Origin: Scyliorhinus canicula
Lineage: Eukaryota
Reading direction: 5' to 3'
DNA: 64,000 nucleotides
NCBI RefSeq assembly: GCF_902713615.1
Contig: NW_024055891.1
Coordinates: 1 to 64,000, forward strand
Shown here one piece after another: positions 23,591-37,046 of this stretch. The notes under the pieces were generated by a model that saw nothing but the letters and a program-made list of their open reading frames with translations, was not told the origin of the DNA and ran no database searches. Made by a program: the position numbers and the translations under genes. Numbering within the stretch: position 1 is the first letter of the stretch; the number at the start of each line of letters is the position of its first letter.

Positions 23591-25009
23591 TGGTTTGTTT
23601 CTGCTGATGGTAACTTTCCTTAAAACTGGGCCGGAGCTAATATACTGGATAGAATCACATACATCTTGATGAGAAACTCATTGATCAGCCAGGGTCTAAC
23701 TGAATGGCAGGACATGGCTGAACAACCTACTCCAGCTCCTGTGTAATTCTCCCAAGACCTCTCCCACTCTCTAACTCTGCTCCAATGCTGCTTTCTGGTG
23801 AAGTGTCTTCTCCCAGCTCTCCCATCACTTTCCACTCAACAGCTGGTGTTTGAGTCCAGGTTTATTCCGAACATGGGAACAGGAGGAGGTCATTTATCCC
23901 CCTCGAGTCTGTTCCCTTATTTATTGAGGTCATGGCTGATCTGTGACCTAACTCCATTGACTCCGATATTATTCTAATCCTGACTTCCCCAGTCTGTTAC
24001 AATGTGATTTAAAAAGAACTTTCATATACAACAGACCTTTAATGCAGGAGAGTGTTCTGAGGAGATTTTCAGAAACATGAACTGACAAATCAGACAATTG
24101 ATACTGAGTCAAAGGGGATATTAGGAGGGCTGACTAAAGGCTTGGTACAGTATAAAAGGTTAATATTAAATACAGAAATCTCCATTATCAGTGATATAAG
24201 ATCACATGATAAGAGCATGCTGAGAGATGGTTCTATGTGAAGCCTCGTGCTAAGCCTCCAACTGTATATAGTTAGAAGAATGTGCAATAAAAGGTGACAT
24301 TTACCAATACTATTGCCTCCAACAATCCTGACCAATTTCCTTGTCTACTTGAGCTAAATCTGTCGTATCGGTGTTCACCTCTGTCAGATCCCCCCTCATC
24401 CTCCTTCATTCCACGGAGAACAACTCCAGCTTCTCGAACCCGACCGTGGAGCTCAAATACCTCATTGCTGGAACCATTCTGATAAATCTCCTCTGCACTT
24501 TCTCAAGGACCATCACACTTTCTAAAGTGTGCTGACGATATATGAACAAAATACTCCCACTGTGGGTTAAATAGTGATTGATAAATGTTCAGCATAATTT
24601 ACCTACTTTTAACTCAACGGCTCTATTGGACGCCTACGTGTTATCTGCGTCTGCGTGAGTTTCCTCCGGGTGCTCCAGTTTCTTCCCACAAGTCGCGAAA
24701 GACGTGCTGTTCGGTGAATTGAACATTCTGAACTCTCCCTCCGTGTACCCGAAGAGGCGCTGAAGTGTGGAAACTAGGGGATTTTCAGTTACTTCACTGC
24801 AATGTTGAGGTGAGCCTACTTGTGATACTAATAAAGATTATTATCTACCTTTTTAATACAATCAGTTTTTAACTGTCTCTTTAGTTCTTTAATATTAATC
24901 AGCGTAGACGTGTTGTGGGGTAACCCTGTGTGTGGAGTCTGTCTCATGGTGGTAACATGGAACATCGAGGTGATAGAAGAACCCAGACGGGATATCTGAA
25001 GAATTTAAT

Positions 25010-25302
25010 TTAATAATCTTTATTGTCACAAGTAGGCTTACATAACACTGCAACGAAGTTACTGTGAAAATCCCCGCGTTGCCATATTCTGGCGCCTGTT
25101 CGGGTACAGAGAGGGAGAAGCCAGAATGTCCAATTCACATAACAAACACATCTTGTGGGAGGAAACCGGAAAACCTGAGGGAACCCACCCACACACAGGG
25201 AGAACATGCAGACTCCACACAGACAGTGACCCAAGCAAGGAATCGAACCTGGGACCCTAGTGAGGTGAAGCAACTGTGCTAACCACTGTGCTACCATGCC
25301 GC
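25010..25302 (-). mobile_element. V-SINE type B
   Basis: Homologous to 9909-10210; a truncated + copy lies at ~24635-24843. Confidence 0.8.
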
Positions 25303-25893
25303 CATACCAAACTGTACAGAACTGTGTTGTGGGCTCAAAATGCAAAGCATGATGATCAATTTAGTCAAGTCACAGCCTTGCCAGAATTAGCAATGGCTGC
25401 AAAATGAATTGTCCAGGAGAACTAACCTCGAACTGTGAGACAGACGTGTTTGTTTGAGGTGATAAAGGTCTCCGTATCAGTCTGGGGATTGATAACAGTG
25501 TCAGAGATCACAAAGTAGAGCCAGGCTGGCTCGATTCCTTCAGACATCAACTTGTAAAAGGCGCAGGACACAGGACCAAGGGAGAAGGCAATGATGTCAT
25601 TGAAAACAAATGAAATGGGCTAAAAACAGGTTTTACCTAAGATTTTCTATTCCTTTACGGAGATCAACGCCCATTTATTCCCATTAATGAATAAAACAAA
25701 GGTGTGTGTCTCTATCTAACTCAGCATTTATTGCCCATCTCAAATTGCCCTTGAGAAGGTGGTGGTGAGCTGACTTTTTGAACTGCTGCAGTCCCTATGG
25801 TGTCACCCACAGTGCGGTTAGGGAGGAAGTACCAGGATTCTGACCCAGGGACAGTGAAGGAACGGCGATATATTTCCACAGCAAGATGGTGAG

Positions 25894-27530
25894 TGTTCCA
25901 ATCCCAGTGATGTAATAACTGGATGGGAAGATCCGAGGGAGGAACCCTGGCTCAAAAGAATGTAACTTTGTTTAGAAAATGTAAAGAAACAGTCAGAGGA
26001 TTGCCAATTGGCTTTCAACGACATAAACATTTATTAAACACGAAAAGGGGCAGCACGGTAGCATGGTGGTTAGCATAAATGCTTCACAGCTCCAGGGTCC
26101 CAGGTTCGATTCCCGGCTGGGTCACTGTCTGTGCGGAGTCTGCACGTCCTCCCCGTGTGTGCGTGGGTTTCCTCCGGGTGCTCCGGTTTCCTCCCACAGT
26201 CCAATGATGTGCGGGTTAGGTGGATTGGCCATGCTAAATTGCCCGTAGTGTCCTAAAAAGTAAGGTTAAGGGGGGGGGGGGGGGGGGGTTGTTGGGTTAC
26301 GGGTATAGGGTGGATACGTGGGTTTGAGTTGGGTGATCATTGCTTGGCACAACATCGAGGGCCGAAGGGCCTGTTCTGTGCTGTACTGTTCTATGTTCTA
26401 AGTCTGACTATGATACAATATTCATTCACTCCTACTTATCTTCACAAACGTGCACAATTTTCAAGGACAACAGAGGTTACAACATATCTTTTGCTAGAAT
26501 GTTCCAGTGGACACAGTCCCTTTCAACCCATAGGTTGACCATGATCAGACACACGTCTCCCCCCACTCAGAAACCAAGTGGCAGGTGCAATTCAATCCAT
26601 CTTATGTGGATTCCTCCTCAATTTCCCCCCAGATGATTGTCACGAGTGTTTCCAAACTCGACTTTTAAACAGATACGCTTTAAAAACTTCTGCCAAATCA
26701 ATGCTTTCTCTCAGCTGCATCCACCAAAGATCCACCTTCAGATGTTCCAGCTAACCTTTCAAACAAGGCATCCTCTCTGCTGTTGTAGCAAGGAGCCGCC
26801 TCCAGGTTTTCCAACTCTCTGTTCGGAATTCCTTTGTCTTGACTGCAACATGAATCGAAAGTCTACACAACTCAGGTACTCAGTCCCCAACAGAATATTA
26901 TTGCTTCAAAAATTTGAAAGACACCAAACTTTCCAATTGCTTCAGATATGGGGCTTGTTCGCAGCCAACCTCATCAGCTCTTCTCTTCCCTGCTCTGACT
27001 TTAACTTCCATGAACAGTAGCCTGTTCCAAAGATAGTTCCTCTGTGCTCCTTCTCACTTCAATACTCCTGGAGCTTTTCCATTCCCTGTTTTATCGAGCT
27101 AACTGTCCCTTAGTTCCCCTAGAGCTTGCTTTCGTGCACGTTACTCCATTCTATTGCTATCCTGCTTCTAGCAGAGCAGAGAGCTGTTCACTCTCTCACG
27201 TTCTCGCCCCAAATGAGATTAATTCAGTGAAAATGTCACTCAAAAAGCCTTCCCACCTCAAGGGTGCCCCTGGTTGCTGAGCAACAATTCATTATTTCTC
27301 CAACCTAATGTTTACTTTTCATGCTGCAAACTCCCCAGCACAACAGGAACAGTTTGAACTGAAACCTTCCCCCACCGACACATGCAAATACCTTTGTTCC
27401 AACACGAATCCAACCAGAGTTCCACTCTTCCTACACAGAAATACTAAATCAAACCCACTGAAATCTATACTCGATTTTAATATTTAACAACGCAAATATA
27501 GATCACTTAAATCTCCCTGTTTTCCTGACA
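25894..27530. mobile_element. Solo LTR inserted in a LINE fragment
   Basis: TGT...ACA termini, 4-bp TSD TGAG (25890-25893, 27531-27534); the host LINE sequence is continuous across the junction; contains a nested SINE. Confidence 0.7.
26048..26400 (+). mobile_element. HE1-like V-SINE type A
   Basis: Near-identical to the reverse complement of 4136-4486. Confidence 0.9.
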
Positions 27531-27607
27531 TGAGTGACTTGGAGGTGAATTCCCAGGTGGAGGTGTTCTCAAGTATCTGCTGTCCTTGTCTTTCTACCTT
27601 CTAATTG

Positions 27608-27905
27608 GCTGGCATGGCAGCACAGTGGTTAGCACTGTTGCTTCACAGTGCCAGGGTCCCAGGTTCGATTCCTGGCTTGGGTCACTGTCTGTGCCGAGTC
27701 TGCACGTTCTCCCCGTGTCTGCGTGGGTTTCCTCCAAGTGGTTCGGTTTCCTCCCACAAGTCCTGAAAGATATGCTGTTAGGTGAATTGGACATTCTGAA
27801 TTCTCCCTCAGTGTACCCGAACAGGCGCCAGAATGTGGCGACTAGGGAATTTTCACAGTAACTTCATTGCAGTGTTAGTGTAAGCTGACTTGTGACACTA
27901 ATAAA
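27608..27905 (+). mobile_element. V-SINE type B
   Basis: Homologous to 9909-10210. Confidence 0.85.
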
Positions 27906-28361
27906 TATTTTTATCATTAATTGGCAGATGTTGAGAGTTTGGAAGGTGCTGCTGAAGGAGCCTTAGTGAGTTTCTGCAGCACATCTTGTAGATGGTACAC
28001 GCAGCTACTATTGTGCATCAGTGGTGGGGGCAGTGAATGTGGAAAAGATGCCAATCAAGCGGGTTGATTTGTTATGGGTTATGCCAAGTTTCTTGAGTGT
28101 AGTTGTAGCTGCACTCATCCAGACAAGGGGAGAGTATTCCATCACACTCCTGACTTCTTCCTTGTAGATGCCAGACAGGCTTTGAGGAGTCAGGAGGTGA
28201 GATAGACACCCCAGGATTGCTAGCCTGTGACCTGCTCTTGCAGCCATAGTATTTATGTGGCAAGTCCAATTCAGCTTCTGATCAATGGTAACCTCTAAGG
28301 TGTAGTGGGGGATTCAGCCATTGAATATGAAGGGTAATGGTCAGATACTCTTTTGTTGGAG

Positions 28362-28805
28362 ATTGGATTGGATTTATTGTCACGTGTACTGAGGTATTGT
28401 TCTGCGTACAGTCCATAAAGATCTTTCCACAGATGGAAAAAACATAGGACATACATAATTACACAATGTAAATACATAGTCACAGGCACCAGGTGAAGCA
28501 TATGGAGTGTAGTACTACTCAGTAGAGAAGGTGTGTGAAGAGATCAGTTCAATCCACATGAGGGCCATTCAGGAGTCTGGTAACACAGGGAAGAAACTGT
28601 TTTTGAACCTGTTAGTGCTGTTCTCAGACCATCGTATCTCCTGGCCGATGGAAGAGAGAATAACCCGGGTGGGAAAGGGGTCTTTGATTATGCTTCCTGC
28701 TTTCTCAAGGCAGCGGGAGGTGTAGATGGAGTCAATGGATGGGAGGAGATTTCGCCAGATGGACTGGGCTGTGTTCATGTTTCTCTGTAGTTTCTTATAG
28801 TTTTG
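28362..28805 (-). mobile_element. Rex1/Babar-type LINE 3' fragment nested in another LINE
   Basis: SIYTSRCLEKAGSIIKDP...TNRFKNSFFP and GTGACAATAAATCCAAT tail. Confidence 0.75.
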
Positions 28806-30310
28806 GGCCTTGTCTGGTGATTGTCTAGCAATTGTGTGACCCACATGTTCCTTCCCACACATTAGCTCAAGCCTGGATATTGTCCTGATCTTGCTGCATT
28901 TGGACATAGACTGCATCAGTATCTGAGGAGCTCTGAATGGTGCTGAATATTGTGCAGTGATCTGCAAAATCCCCACTTCTGACATTATGATGGAAGGAAG
29001 GTAATTGATCAAGTAGCTGAAGATGGTGGGACCAAGGACACTACCCTGAGGAACTCATTCAGTGATGTCCTGGAGGTGAGATGATTGACCTCCAACAACC
29101 ACAACCATCTTCCTTTATGCCAGGATGGGCTGAGTGGCCTCCTTCTCTGCTGACTGACTGTGTGATATAAAGAGAGGAATTTCAGCTGCTCCAGTCACTC
29201 CAACTAACTGACGTCCCTCATTCCTGGTGTCCTCATAAATCTCCTCTGCAATCTCTCTGAAAACGTCACATCTTTTCAAAAGTGTGGGACCCATATATAG
29301 GTTCCCATTCCAGAGGGATAGAATTGAAAAGCAGGGAGGTTATGTTCAACTGGTTTTGAGCCCTGGTTCGACTGCACTGGGAGCTCTGTCAACATTGGTG
29401 ATCTTCATTTAGAAAAAAAGAATAGAGACACTGGAGAAGTTGCAACAAATGTTCACAAGAATAATATTTAACCCTCAGGAAAGGTTACGGCTGCCTTTCA
29501 CTAGAAAGGAGACGACTGAAGGGTGAACTGATGGGAGTCATTAAGAATATGCAGGCGTTCGGGCACCACGGTGGCGCAGTGGTTAGAATTGCTGCATCAC
29601 GGCGCCAGATCCCAGGTTCAATCCCGGCTCTGGGTCACTACCGTGTGGAGTATGATCATTCTCCTCTTGTTTGCGTGGGTTTAGCCCCCACAACCCAAAG
29701 ATGGGCAGGGTAGGTGGATTGGCCACACTAAATTACCCCTTAATTGGGAAAAATGAATTGGGTACTCTAAAATTTTTTAAAAAGAGCTTGAGATGAACAG
29801 CGTGAATACATTGAAGGGGAACTAGATAAATACATGAGGGTGAAAGGAATAGAAGGAGATGCTGATGGGGGGGGACATGTAGAGGGGTGGGTGGAGGTTC
29901 ATGTGGAGCATAAATATTGACACAGATCAATTGATCCGATTGTCCTGGCCCTGTGCTGCAGACTCAATGCAACAGAGACAAATGTATTTATGTTAGATAT
30001 ACCTGTAGTGTTATTAAAAACACTATTTACTGTCCAGGATAAAATAAATGTCCTTCAGCAGCTTTTGTGGATCATTTGAGTGGAAATGTGCTCTCCCAGG
30101 CTCAGCATCTGCCCACTGGAAGCAAAGTCTGACACCAGCCAGTCCAGCAGAAAGAAACCCTCCAACTCTCCCCTTCACCAAGTGTCAGAATGAATATGGT
30201 TCAGTCCTGGATGTAATTAACAGCAGCAAAAACAGCAGAATCCAGTCCCGGTCATCACTTATTGACTTGCTGGTGTCTCAGCAGGTGGGATGACTGAGTA
30301 AATTCCTCTG

Positions 30311-31492
30311 TTAATCTTTGTGAACTTTCTGGTGTGTCTGTAGGTGGGATGACTGAATGAATCCCTTCCCACACTCAGAGCAGGTGAATGGCCTTTCCCC
30401 GGTATGAACTTGCTGGTGACTCTGCAGATCAGATGAAAGAGCGAATCCCTTCCCACATCCAGAGCAGGTGAATGGTCTCTCCCTGGTGTGAACGCGTTGG
30501 TGTGCTTGCAGGTTGGCTGAACGAGTGAATCCCTTCCCACATTCAGAGCAGGAAAATGGCCTCTCCCCAGTGTGAAGTTGCTGGTGATTCTGCAGGTCCG
30601 ATAACTGAATGAATCCCCTCCCACACTCATGGCAGGTGAATGTCCTCTCCCTGGTGTGAACCTCCTGGTGTGATGCTAGATGAGATGATTGAATAAAACG
30701 TTTCCCACACTCGGAGCAGGTGAATGGCCTCTCCCTGCTGTGAACCCCCTGATGTGATGCTAGGTGAGATGATTGAATAAAACGTTTCCCACACTCGGAG
30801 CATGTGAATGGCCTGTCCCTTGTGTGGACTCCCTGGTGTGTCACTAGGTGCGATAATTGAATAAAACGCTTCCCACACTCGGAGCAGGTGAATGGCCTCT
30901 CGCTGCTGTGAACCCCCTGATGTGTCACTAGGTGTGAGGATTGAATAAAACACTTCCCACACTCGGAGCAGTTGAACAGTCGCTCCCTCGTGTGGACTCG
31001 CTGGTGTATCAGCAGGTGGGATGACTGAGTGAAACCCTTTCCACACTCGGAGCAGGTGAACGGTCGCTCCCCCGTGTGAACTTGTTGGTGATTCAGAAGG
31101 TCAGATGAATGATTGAATTGTTTCCCACACTTGGAGCAGGTGAACGGTTTCTCCCCGGTGTGAACTTGCTGGTGTGTCAGCAGGTGGGATGACTGAGTGA
31201 ATCCCTTCCCACACTCAGAGCAGGTGTACGGCCTCTCCCTCATGTGAATTTGCTGGTGATTCCACAGGTCAGATGACTGGAGAAATCCCTTCCCACACTC
31301 GGAGCAGATGAACGGTCTTTCCACAGTGTGACTGCATTGATGAAACTTGAGGGCAGAAGGGGAGCAGTCTCCTTCCCCACACTTGGAGCAGGCGAATGGT
31401 CTCTCCCCAGTGTGAACAGGTTTATGAGTTTCCAGTGCAGACGGGTTACGGCTATCCTTCCCATAGTCCTCAACTTCCCGTGGTTTCTCCAT
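30311..31492 (-). CDS. C2H2 zinc-finger protein ZNF-5, 13 intact fingers plus one degenerate
   Basis: ORF 30311..31528, ATG at 31492 (MEKPREVEDY, first finger lacks Cys); four near-identical internal fingers. Confidence 0.9.
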   Translation of the reverse strand: MEKPREVEDYGKDSRNPSALETHKPVHTGERPFACSKCGEGDCSPSALKFHQCSHTVERPFICSECGKGFLQSSDLWNHQQIHMRERPYTCSECGKGFTQSSHLLTHQQVHTGEKPFTCSKCGKQFNHSSDLLNHQQVHTGERPFTCSECGKGFTQSSHLLIHQRVHTRERLFNCSECGKCFIQSSHLVTHQGVHSSERPFTCSECGKRFIQLSHLVTHQGVHTRDRPFTCSECGKRFIQSSHLASHQGVHSRERPFTCSECGKRFIQSSHLASHQEVHTRERTFTCHECGRGFIQLSDLQNHQQLHTGERPFSCSECGKGFTRSANLQAHQRVHTRERPFTCSGCGKGFALSSDLQSHQQVHTGERPFTCSECGKGFIQSSHLQTHQKVHKD

Positions 31493-32559
31493 GGTGCGGG
31501 TGTTTTTGTGTCTTTCCAAGTTTGACAATCAGTTAAAGCCTGGTCCACACACACAGCATGTGTACGGTCTCTTCCCCGCTGGAAATGGTGTGATATTTCT
31601 GCAGCCTGTATAATTGGTTAAAGCCCTCTCCACAGTCAGTGCACTGGACACTCTCACTCAGATCTGTGTTTCTTGGTGCCTTTCCAGTCATACTAACGTG
31701 ATGGCCAAAACAGACAATTTCCCTTTCGTGATTCAAAGACTGATGGCATTCAGGTTCTGGTAATTCGAGTGGCTCTGTTAAGTCTTGATGCATTTTGAGA
31801 TTTCTGGCTGCAAATCCTCCCCTTCTGACATCCTGTAAAAGGAGTTTACAAAAGTCTTCACTAAGTACAGGACAGAAATTCAGAACAGACAATGCTAGTT
31901 TCTGTATAATATTCCTCTCCCTTTCCCCTGAATTGGTTTATCTCCATCCCACACATTCTTCCCACATTCTCACTATGATTTAATAATTAGTACTTCATTA
32001 CTTAACTATAAATACTCTATCTAATATGTACCATATTACAAAACTGGATATAGCTGGGTCCTACATTGATTTACTATCTCCTCGGGGCAGCATGGTGGTG
32101 TAGTGGTTAGCACTGCTGCCCCAGGTCGGGTTTGCACGTTCTCCCTGTATCTGCGTGGGTTTTGCCCCCACAGCCCAAAAAGATGTGCAGGTTAGATGAA
32201 TTGGCCACGCTAAATTGTCCTTTAATTGGGAAATAAAAGAATTGGGTGCTCTAAATTTAAAGAAAATACTGTCCCCTTAAATGTCAGCCATCTCTGTGGA
32301 TGCCAGCCCTTTTGAACATTGGGAAAGAGGCCATCCTTTTAGGCAGACAAAATAAATGTGTCAAGCTGAGGGAGAGAGACCTGGGCCAATCTGCCCAGAG
32401 TCTGCACCCTCCCTGGATTCAGTTCTTTTCCCTTCGGTTCCTGCAAGTCAACAATTTAACCCCAGAATGAGTAAATGAAAAGGGGGAGGAAAGACAGTGT
32501 TTCACTCACAGATTTGGAGTCAGGAGGAGGTTTACTCTTCTGTGAAGCTCAATCTGAAT

Positions 32560-32920
32560 GCACCCAAAGCCGTGCTCTGATTGGCTGGAGGAACAAAGTT
32601 CTTCCGGTCCCTTGACAATTGCCGTTAGTCGATGACCTGCACGAAGACAATGGGAAAGCGGAAGTCACATCAATCCGAAGACACTTTGACCCCTTATCAC
32701 ACTCAACTGTTGATCAATAGAAAGCGCAAATCTTTGCACATGCGCACAACATCTTACGGTTGAACATGCACGTCCGCGCGATGAATGGAGCGGTTTCCCA
32801 GGCGCGGAGGCTTGTGGGAGCTGGAGCGGCCATTAATCGTTGGGAACCCAGTCTCTGAACTCCTGGCACTGTATGACCGGTGGTCGTGAGAGGGCGCATT
32901 GAACCCACCCGGACAGAAAA
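32560..32920. promoter_or_regulatory. Putative promoter P3 upstream of ZNF-5
   Basis: GCGGAAGT ETS motif, NRF1-like CATGCGCA, ATTGG box and local CpG enrichment. Confidence 0.65.
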
Positions 32921-33084
32921 TACAAGTGGGTCGTCATTGGAATTAATTATAACACCGTTTAGCAATATCATTTGTTAAATTCACGTTTTAAGATTTAGAC
33001 ACCAGAGTGACACATTATGGAGGTAAATAGCGCAGTGTGAAACAGAATCCGAGAGCCAGCAGCATTGGGGAGGAGAACTGGGCA

Positions 33085-34030
33085 ATTTAATTTAATTTAT
33101 TATTGTCACATGTATTGGTATACAGTGAAAAGTATTGTTTCTTGCATGCTATACAGACAACGCATAGCATACATAGGAAAGGAAGGAGAGACTACATAAT
33201 GTAATGTCATAGCTAGCGTGTGGAGAAAAGATAAACTTAATATGAGGTAGGTCCATTCAAAAGTCTGATAGCAGTAGGGAAGAAGCTGTTCTGGAGTCGG
33301 GTAGTACATGACCTCAAACTTTTGTATCTTTTTGCTTTTTAAAAAAATATATATTTTTCTTCCAATTAAGGGCAATTTAGCATAGCCAATCCACCGACCT
33401 TGCACATTGGATTGTGGGGGTGAAACCCACACAGACACGGGGAGAATGTGCACACTCCCCACAGACAGAGACCCAGGGCTGGGATCGAACCCGGGTCCTC
33501 AGTGCCGTAGGCAGCAGTGCTAACCACTGCGCCATTGTGCCACCCTTTGTATCTTTTTCCTGACGGTGCACCCACCCGGGTGCGTGGGGTCCTTAATTAT
33601 GCTGGCTGCCTTTTCAAGGCAGCGGGAATTGTAGACAGAGTCAGTGGATAAGAGGCTGGTTTGCATGATGGATTGGGCTACATTCACAACCTTTTGTAGT
33701 TTCCTGCGGTCTTGGGCAGAGCAGAAACCATACCAAGCTGTGATACAACCAGAAAGAATGCTTTCTATGGTGCATCTGTAAAAGTTGGTGAGAGACACAG
33801 CTGACATGCCAAATTTCCTTAGTCTTCTCAGGAAGTCGAGTCGTTGGTGGGATTTCTTAATGGGCATGGGAGGGATGAGGACACGTTGTTGGTAATCTGG
33901 TTGGTAAATCCGAAGTTCTCGACCCTTTCTAAATCATTCCATTGATGTAGACAGGGGCATGTTCTCCACTATGCTTCCTGAAGTCGATGCCAATCTCCTT
34001 TGTTTTGTTAACATTGAGGGAGAGATTATT
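33085..34030 (-). mobile_element. Rex1/Babar-type LINE 3' part with nested SINE
   Basis: FLRRLRKFGMS...FYRCTIESILSGCITAWYG; homologous to 6600-7345. Confidence 0.85.
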
Positions 34031-35206
34031 TAGCGAGAGAAAGTTGTGTGATAACCAGAGTATCAATTTAAAATTTCTATCCTGTCCTGGCAGTGATGGT
34101 TTTGATTGATGTGTTTACAAGGGATTGGAATGGAAGGATTTTCAGTTGGAAATATCTCCATTCATTAGGACATAACTAGCATCAGTGATTCAAAGTCAAG
34201 ATAGGAATCCTTGCTCCCTGTTCCAAAAGGTTTCAAACATCAATGCCCCGGCTGATGAAGGCAAGCATACCATATGCCTTCTTAATCACCTTGGCCACCT
34301 GCGTTTCCACTTTTAGGCAACTGTGGACCTGCACACCTCGATCCCTCTGTATGTTAATGTTCCTAAGGGTTCTGCCATTTACAGCATACAGAAAGTAAAG
34401 CAAATGTACAGGTGTAGAAAATCTAGACTGTTGCTCAGCTACCAGCGTTATATTGGGGCAGCAAGAACTTTGAAGTTCACTGTGAGCGAGTGTCAGGATG
34501 AGCTGGCCACAAGACAGGGGACTGCAGAGAGCAGATTTCAGAAAAGTTGAGAAATTTCAGTAAGTCCCAGAAACAAATGAATGGAACAAAGTAGAGTTCC
34601 AGGAAGACTATCAAATCAAAAGAAAAAAAATGGGAATTTGAACAAAGTCCTGTTCAGGGAAATTCAAATCAAAGGCAGAGAAAGGATTTGAAATAAACAG
34701 ACTACTGCAGGATCTAATTTTAAAGTCGGCTCGAGGAGAATATCCGAGGTGATCAAAAGGTTGCTGACAACTTACTACAGCCTGTGAGACAGTTGTGTCC
34801 TGTGGGTGAGGCTGGGTACTTCAGAGACTGTTTGGAAGCTTAAGTGCACATTGTCACCTAGGACAGAGGAATGCAGAAATTAGAGTTGAAATCCTGGAGT
34901 TGGATCCTTGGTGAAGACATCCGAGACAAAGCATTGTGTGGCTGAAGACGCCAAAGCATTTTCTTCGAGAGCGAAGATTGGAAACCCTTGTGTAGAAGAC
35001 AGTTTCTGTGAGAAACTCAGTGTGACAAACATCTGGGAAATTGATGAGAAATCCATAGACGTTGTATTGGATGGTCTCTGTCACTTGGTTTGAGAATGTG
35101 GGGTGTCTGACCACATTTCACCCATTGGTTTGCATAGACTGTGTACATACTGAGAACATTAAAGTACGAGATAAGGTTTGTAACTTGTGTACACTGGATA
35201 CACGAC

Positions 35207-35335
35207 AGGCCCGACAGTTCAATCAGCTCCACTCTCAGCTCAGGAGAGCTCAGCAGCTCCACACACTATCCACAGGAGAGATCTCCTGGTCCAGCGGGAC
35301 CAAGATTCGCGTTTTAACTGACACCACAAAAAAAC
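35207..35335. other. 129-bp element highly conserved between duplicated blocks, copy 2
   Basis: 4 mismatches versus 8226-8354. Confidence 0.8.
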
Positions 35336-35399
35336 ATCAGTTACTCATCTGATTGCTGTGCAAACTTACTCTGCTTTAACAGGCTGTAATGAAACAGCA

Positions 35400-35978
35400 A
35401 CAACTTGTATTTATACAACATGATTAATGTAATAAAACATCCCAATGTGTTTCAGGGGAGATTCATAAAGAAAAACATTGTCACTGAGTCACATTGGGCG
35501 ATATTTGAACAGATGGACACACGGATGATTGGAGAGGCAGCTTTTAACAACAATCTTTAATCAGGAGAGAGACGGAGCTTCTGGGGAGTGAATTTCAGAG
35601 TTTCATACCAAGGTCCTGCCACGAATGGTGGAGTTATTAAAATCAGAGATGTGAAGAGGCCAGAATGAGAAGAGTACGGACATCTCAGAGAGGGTGCGAT
35701 TAGAGATTACAGAGATAAGGAGGGACAAGGCTAGGGAGGAATTTGAAACAAGGATGTGAATTTTTAAATTGAGGTATTACCAGACCAGGAGCAAAGTCAG
35801 TTAGCACAGGGCTGTTGGTGAACAGTTGGTGTCAGGAAGCAGAGTTTTGGATGATCTCACATTTCTGTGTGGGGGTGGGGTGAATGGGAGAGGCTGGTCA
35901 GGAATGTATCGGAATCATCAAATCTAAATGTAACAGGGGCATGGATGAGGGTTTCAGTATCAGGTGAGCTGGGGTGTG

Positions 35979-36010
<32 letters not shown>

Positions 36011-36870
36011 GTGACAGTATGGAGATTGAAATATCTGGTATTAGTGATAGTGTGGATATGTGGTCAGAAACTCGTCTTGGGGTCAAATCTGACACGGCGA
36101 TTGTGGAGACTGTGGTTCAGCCTCAGACAGTTTCCAGGGAGAGGGATGGACTCGGGAGTTAGGAAAAGGGAATTTGTGGTGGTGACTGAAGACAATGGAT
36201 TCGGTCTTCCCAATATTTAATTGGAAGAATTTTCTGCTCATCCAGTACTGGATGTGGGATTAACAGTTTGATAATTGAGTAACAGTGGAGGAATGGAGAG
36301 GGATAGTGGTGAGGTAGAGCTGGGTGTTGTCAGTGTACATGTGAAAACTAACACGGTGCTTTTGGATGATGTCACCTTGGGGCAGCTTGTAGATGGGAAA
36401 TAGGAGGGGCCGAGGACAGATCCTTGGGGGCCACAGTCCAAGAATTTTGGATAGGCAGGTTGGAGATGGGGTGCTAGTTTGCAAAGATGGTCAGATGAAC
36501 ACCTTTTTTTTTAAAAAAAGGATGATTGATGACAGTGAATTTAAGAGAGAATCATTAAGGATATCAGTCACATGGGGAAGTTGGATGGTCAGCATTTTTT
36601 TGCGGAGAGGGTCAAGGGAGCAGAAGGTGGGTCTCATGGACAAGATGAGCTCTGAGAGGGAAGGAGATAGAGAAACTGGAGAAAGATGTGAGTTCAGGAC
36701 TCAGACATTTGAGGAAATGTAGAAATGGTTTGGCCTGGTGGGTTAGTGGGAGGGAGGGAAGCAGCAGAGGCAGCTGATCAGATTGTCTCAATCTTAGTGA
36801 CAAAGAAACCCCATGAGCACCTGTTGTTGGAGGTGAGGATGGAGGAGACAGGGGAGAGGAGAACACTTCA
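35400..36870 (-). mobile_element. Old L2-type LINE remnant
   Basis: PQGSVLGP and [12 protein letters not shown] motifs. Confidence 0.65.
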
Positions 36871-37046
36871 AAAAACTTACTAACTTACGTTAGAGAGTCA
36901 ACACACCGTGTTTAGCACAAAACTGATTTATTTGACTATTATCTACAATATTAGTGAAGATATATGGGCTGGAGTTTATTAACATCAGCAGAAACAGACC
37001 CCAATAAACATGGTTCAGTGTGGATATGATTAACCACAAAATCCAA

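Larger units (their letters stand above)
27531..29120 (-). mobile_element. Non-LTR retrotransposon fragment, third family (clade uncertain); continues at 25725-25893
   Basis: YKEEVRSVMEYSPLVWMSAATTTLKKL; split by solo LTR, SINE and Rex1 insertions. Confidence 0.7.

Noticed and set aside
26048-26125. tRNA-like A/B boxes
   Set aside because: SINE heads, not complete tRNA cloverleaves.
34385-35200. Possible LTR remnant (also 176-930 and 24910-25700)
   Set aside because: LTR-like composition, but termini and TSDs could not be established by eye.
35977-36007. 31-nt poly-G run (G-quadruplex candidate)
   Set aside because: Homopolymer slippage inside an L2 remnant; absent from the paralogous block and its length is unreliable.
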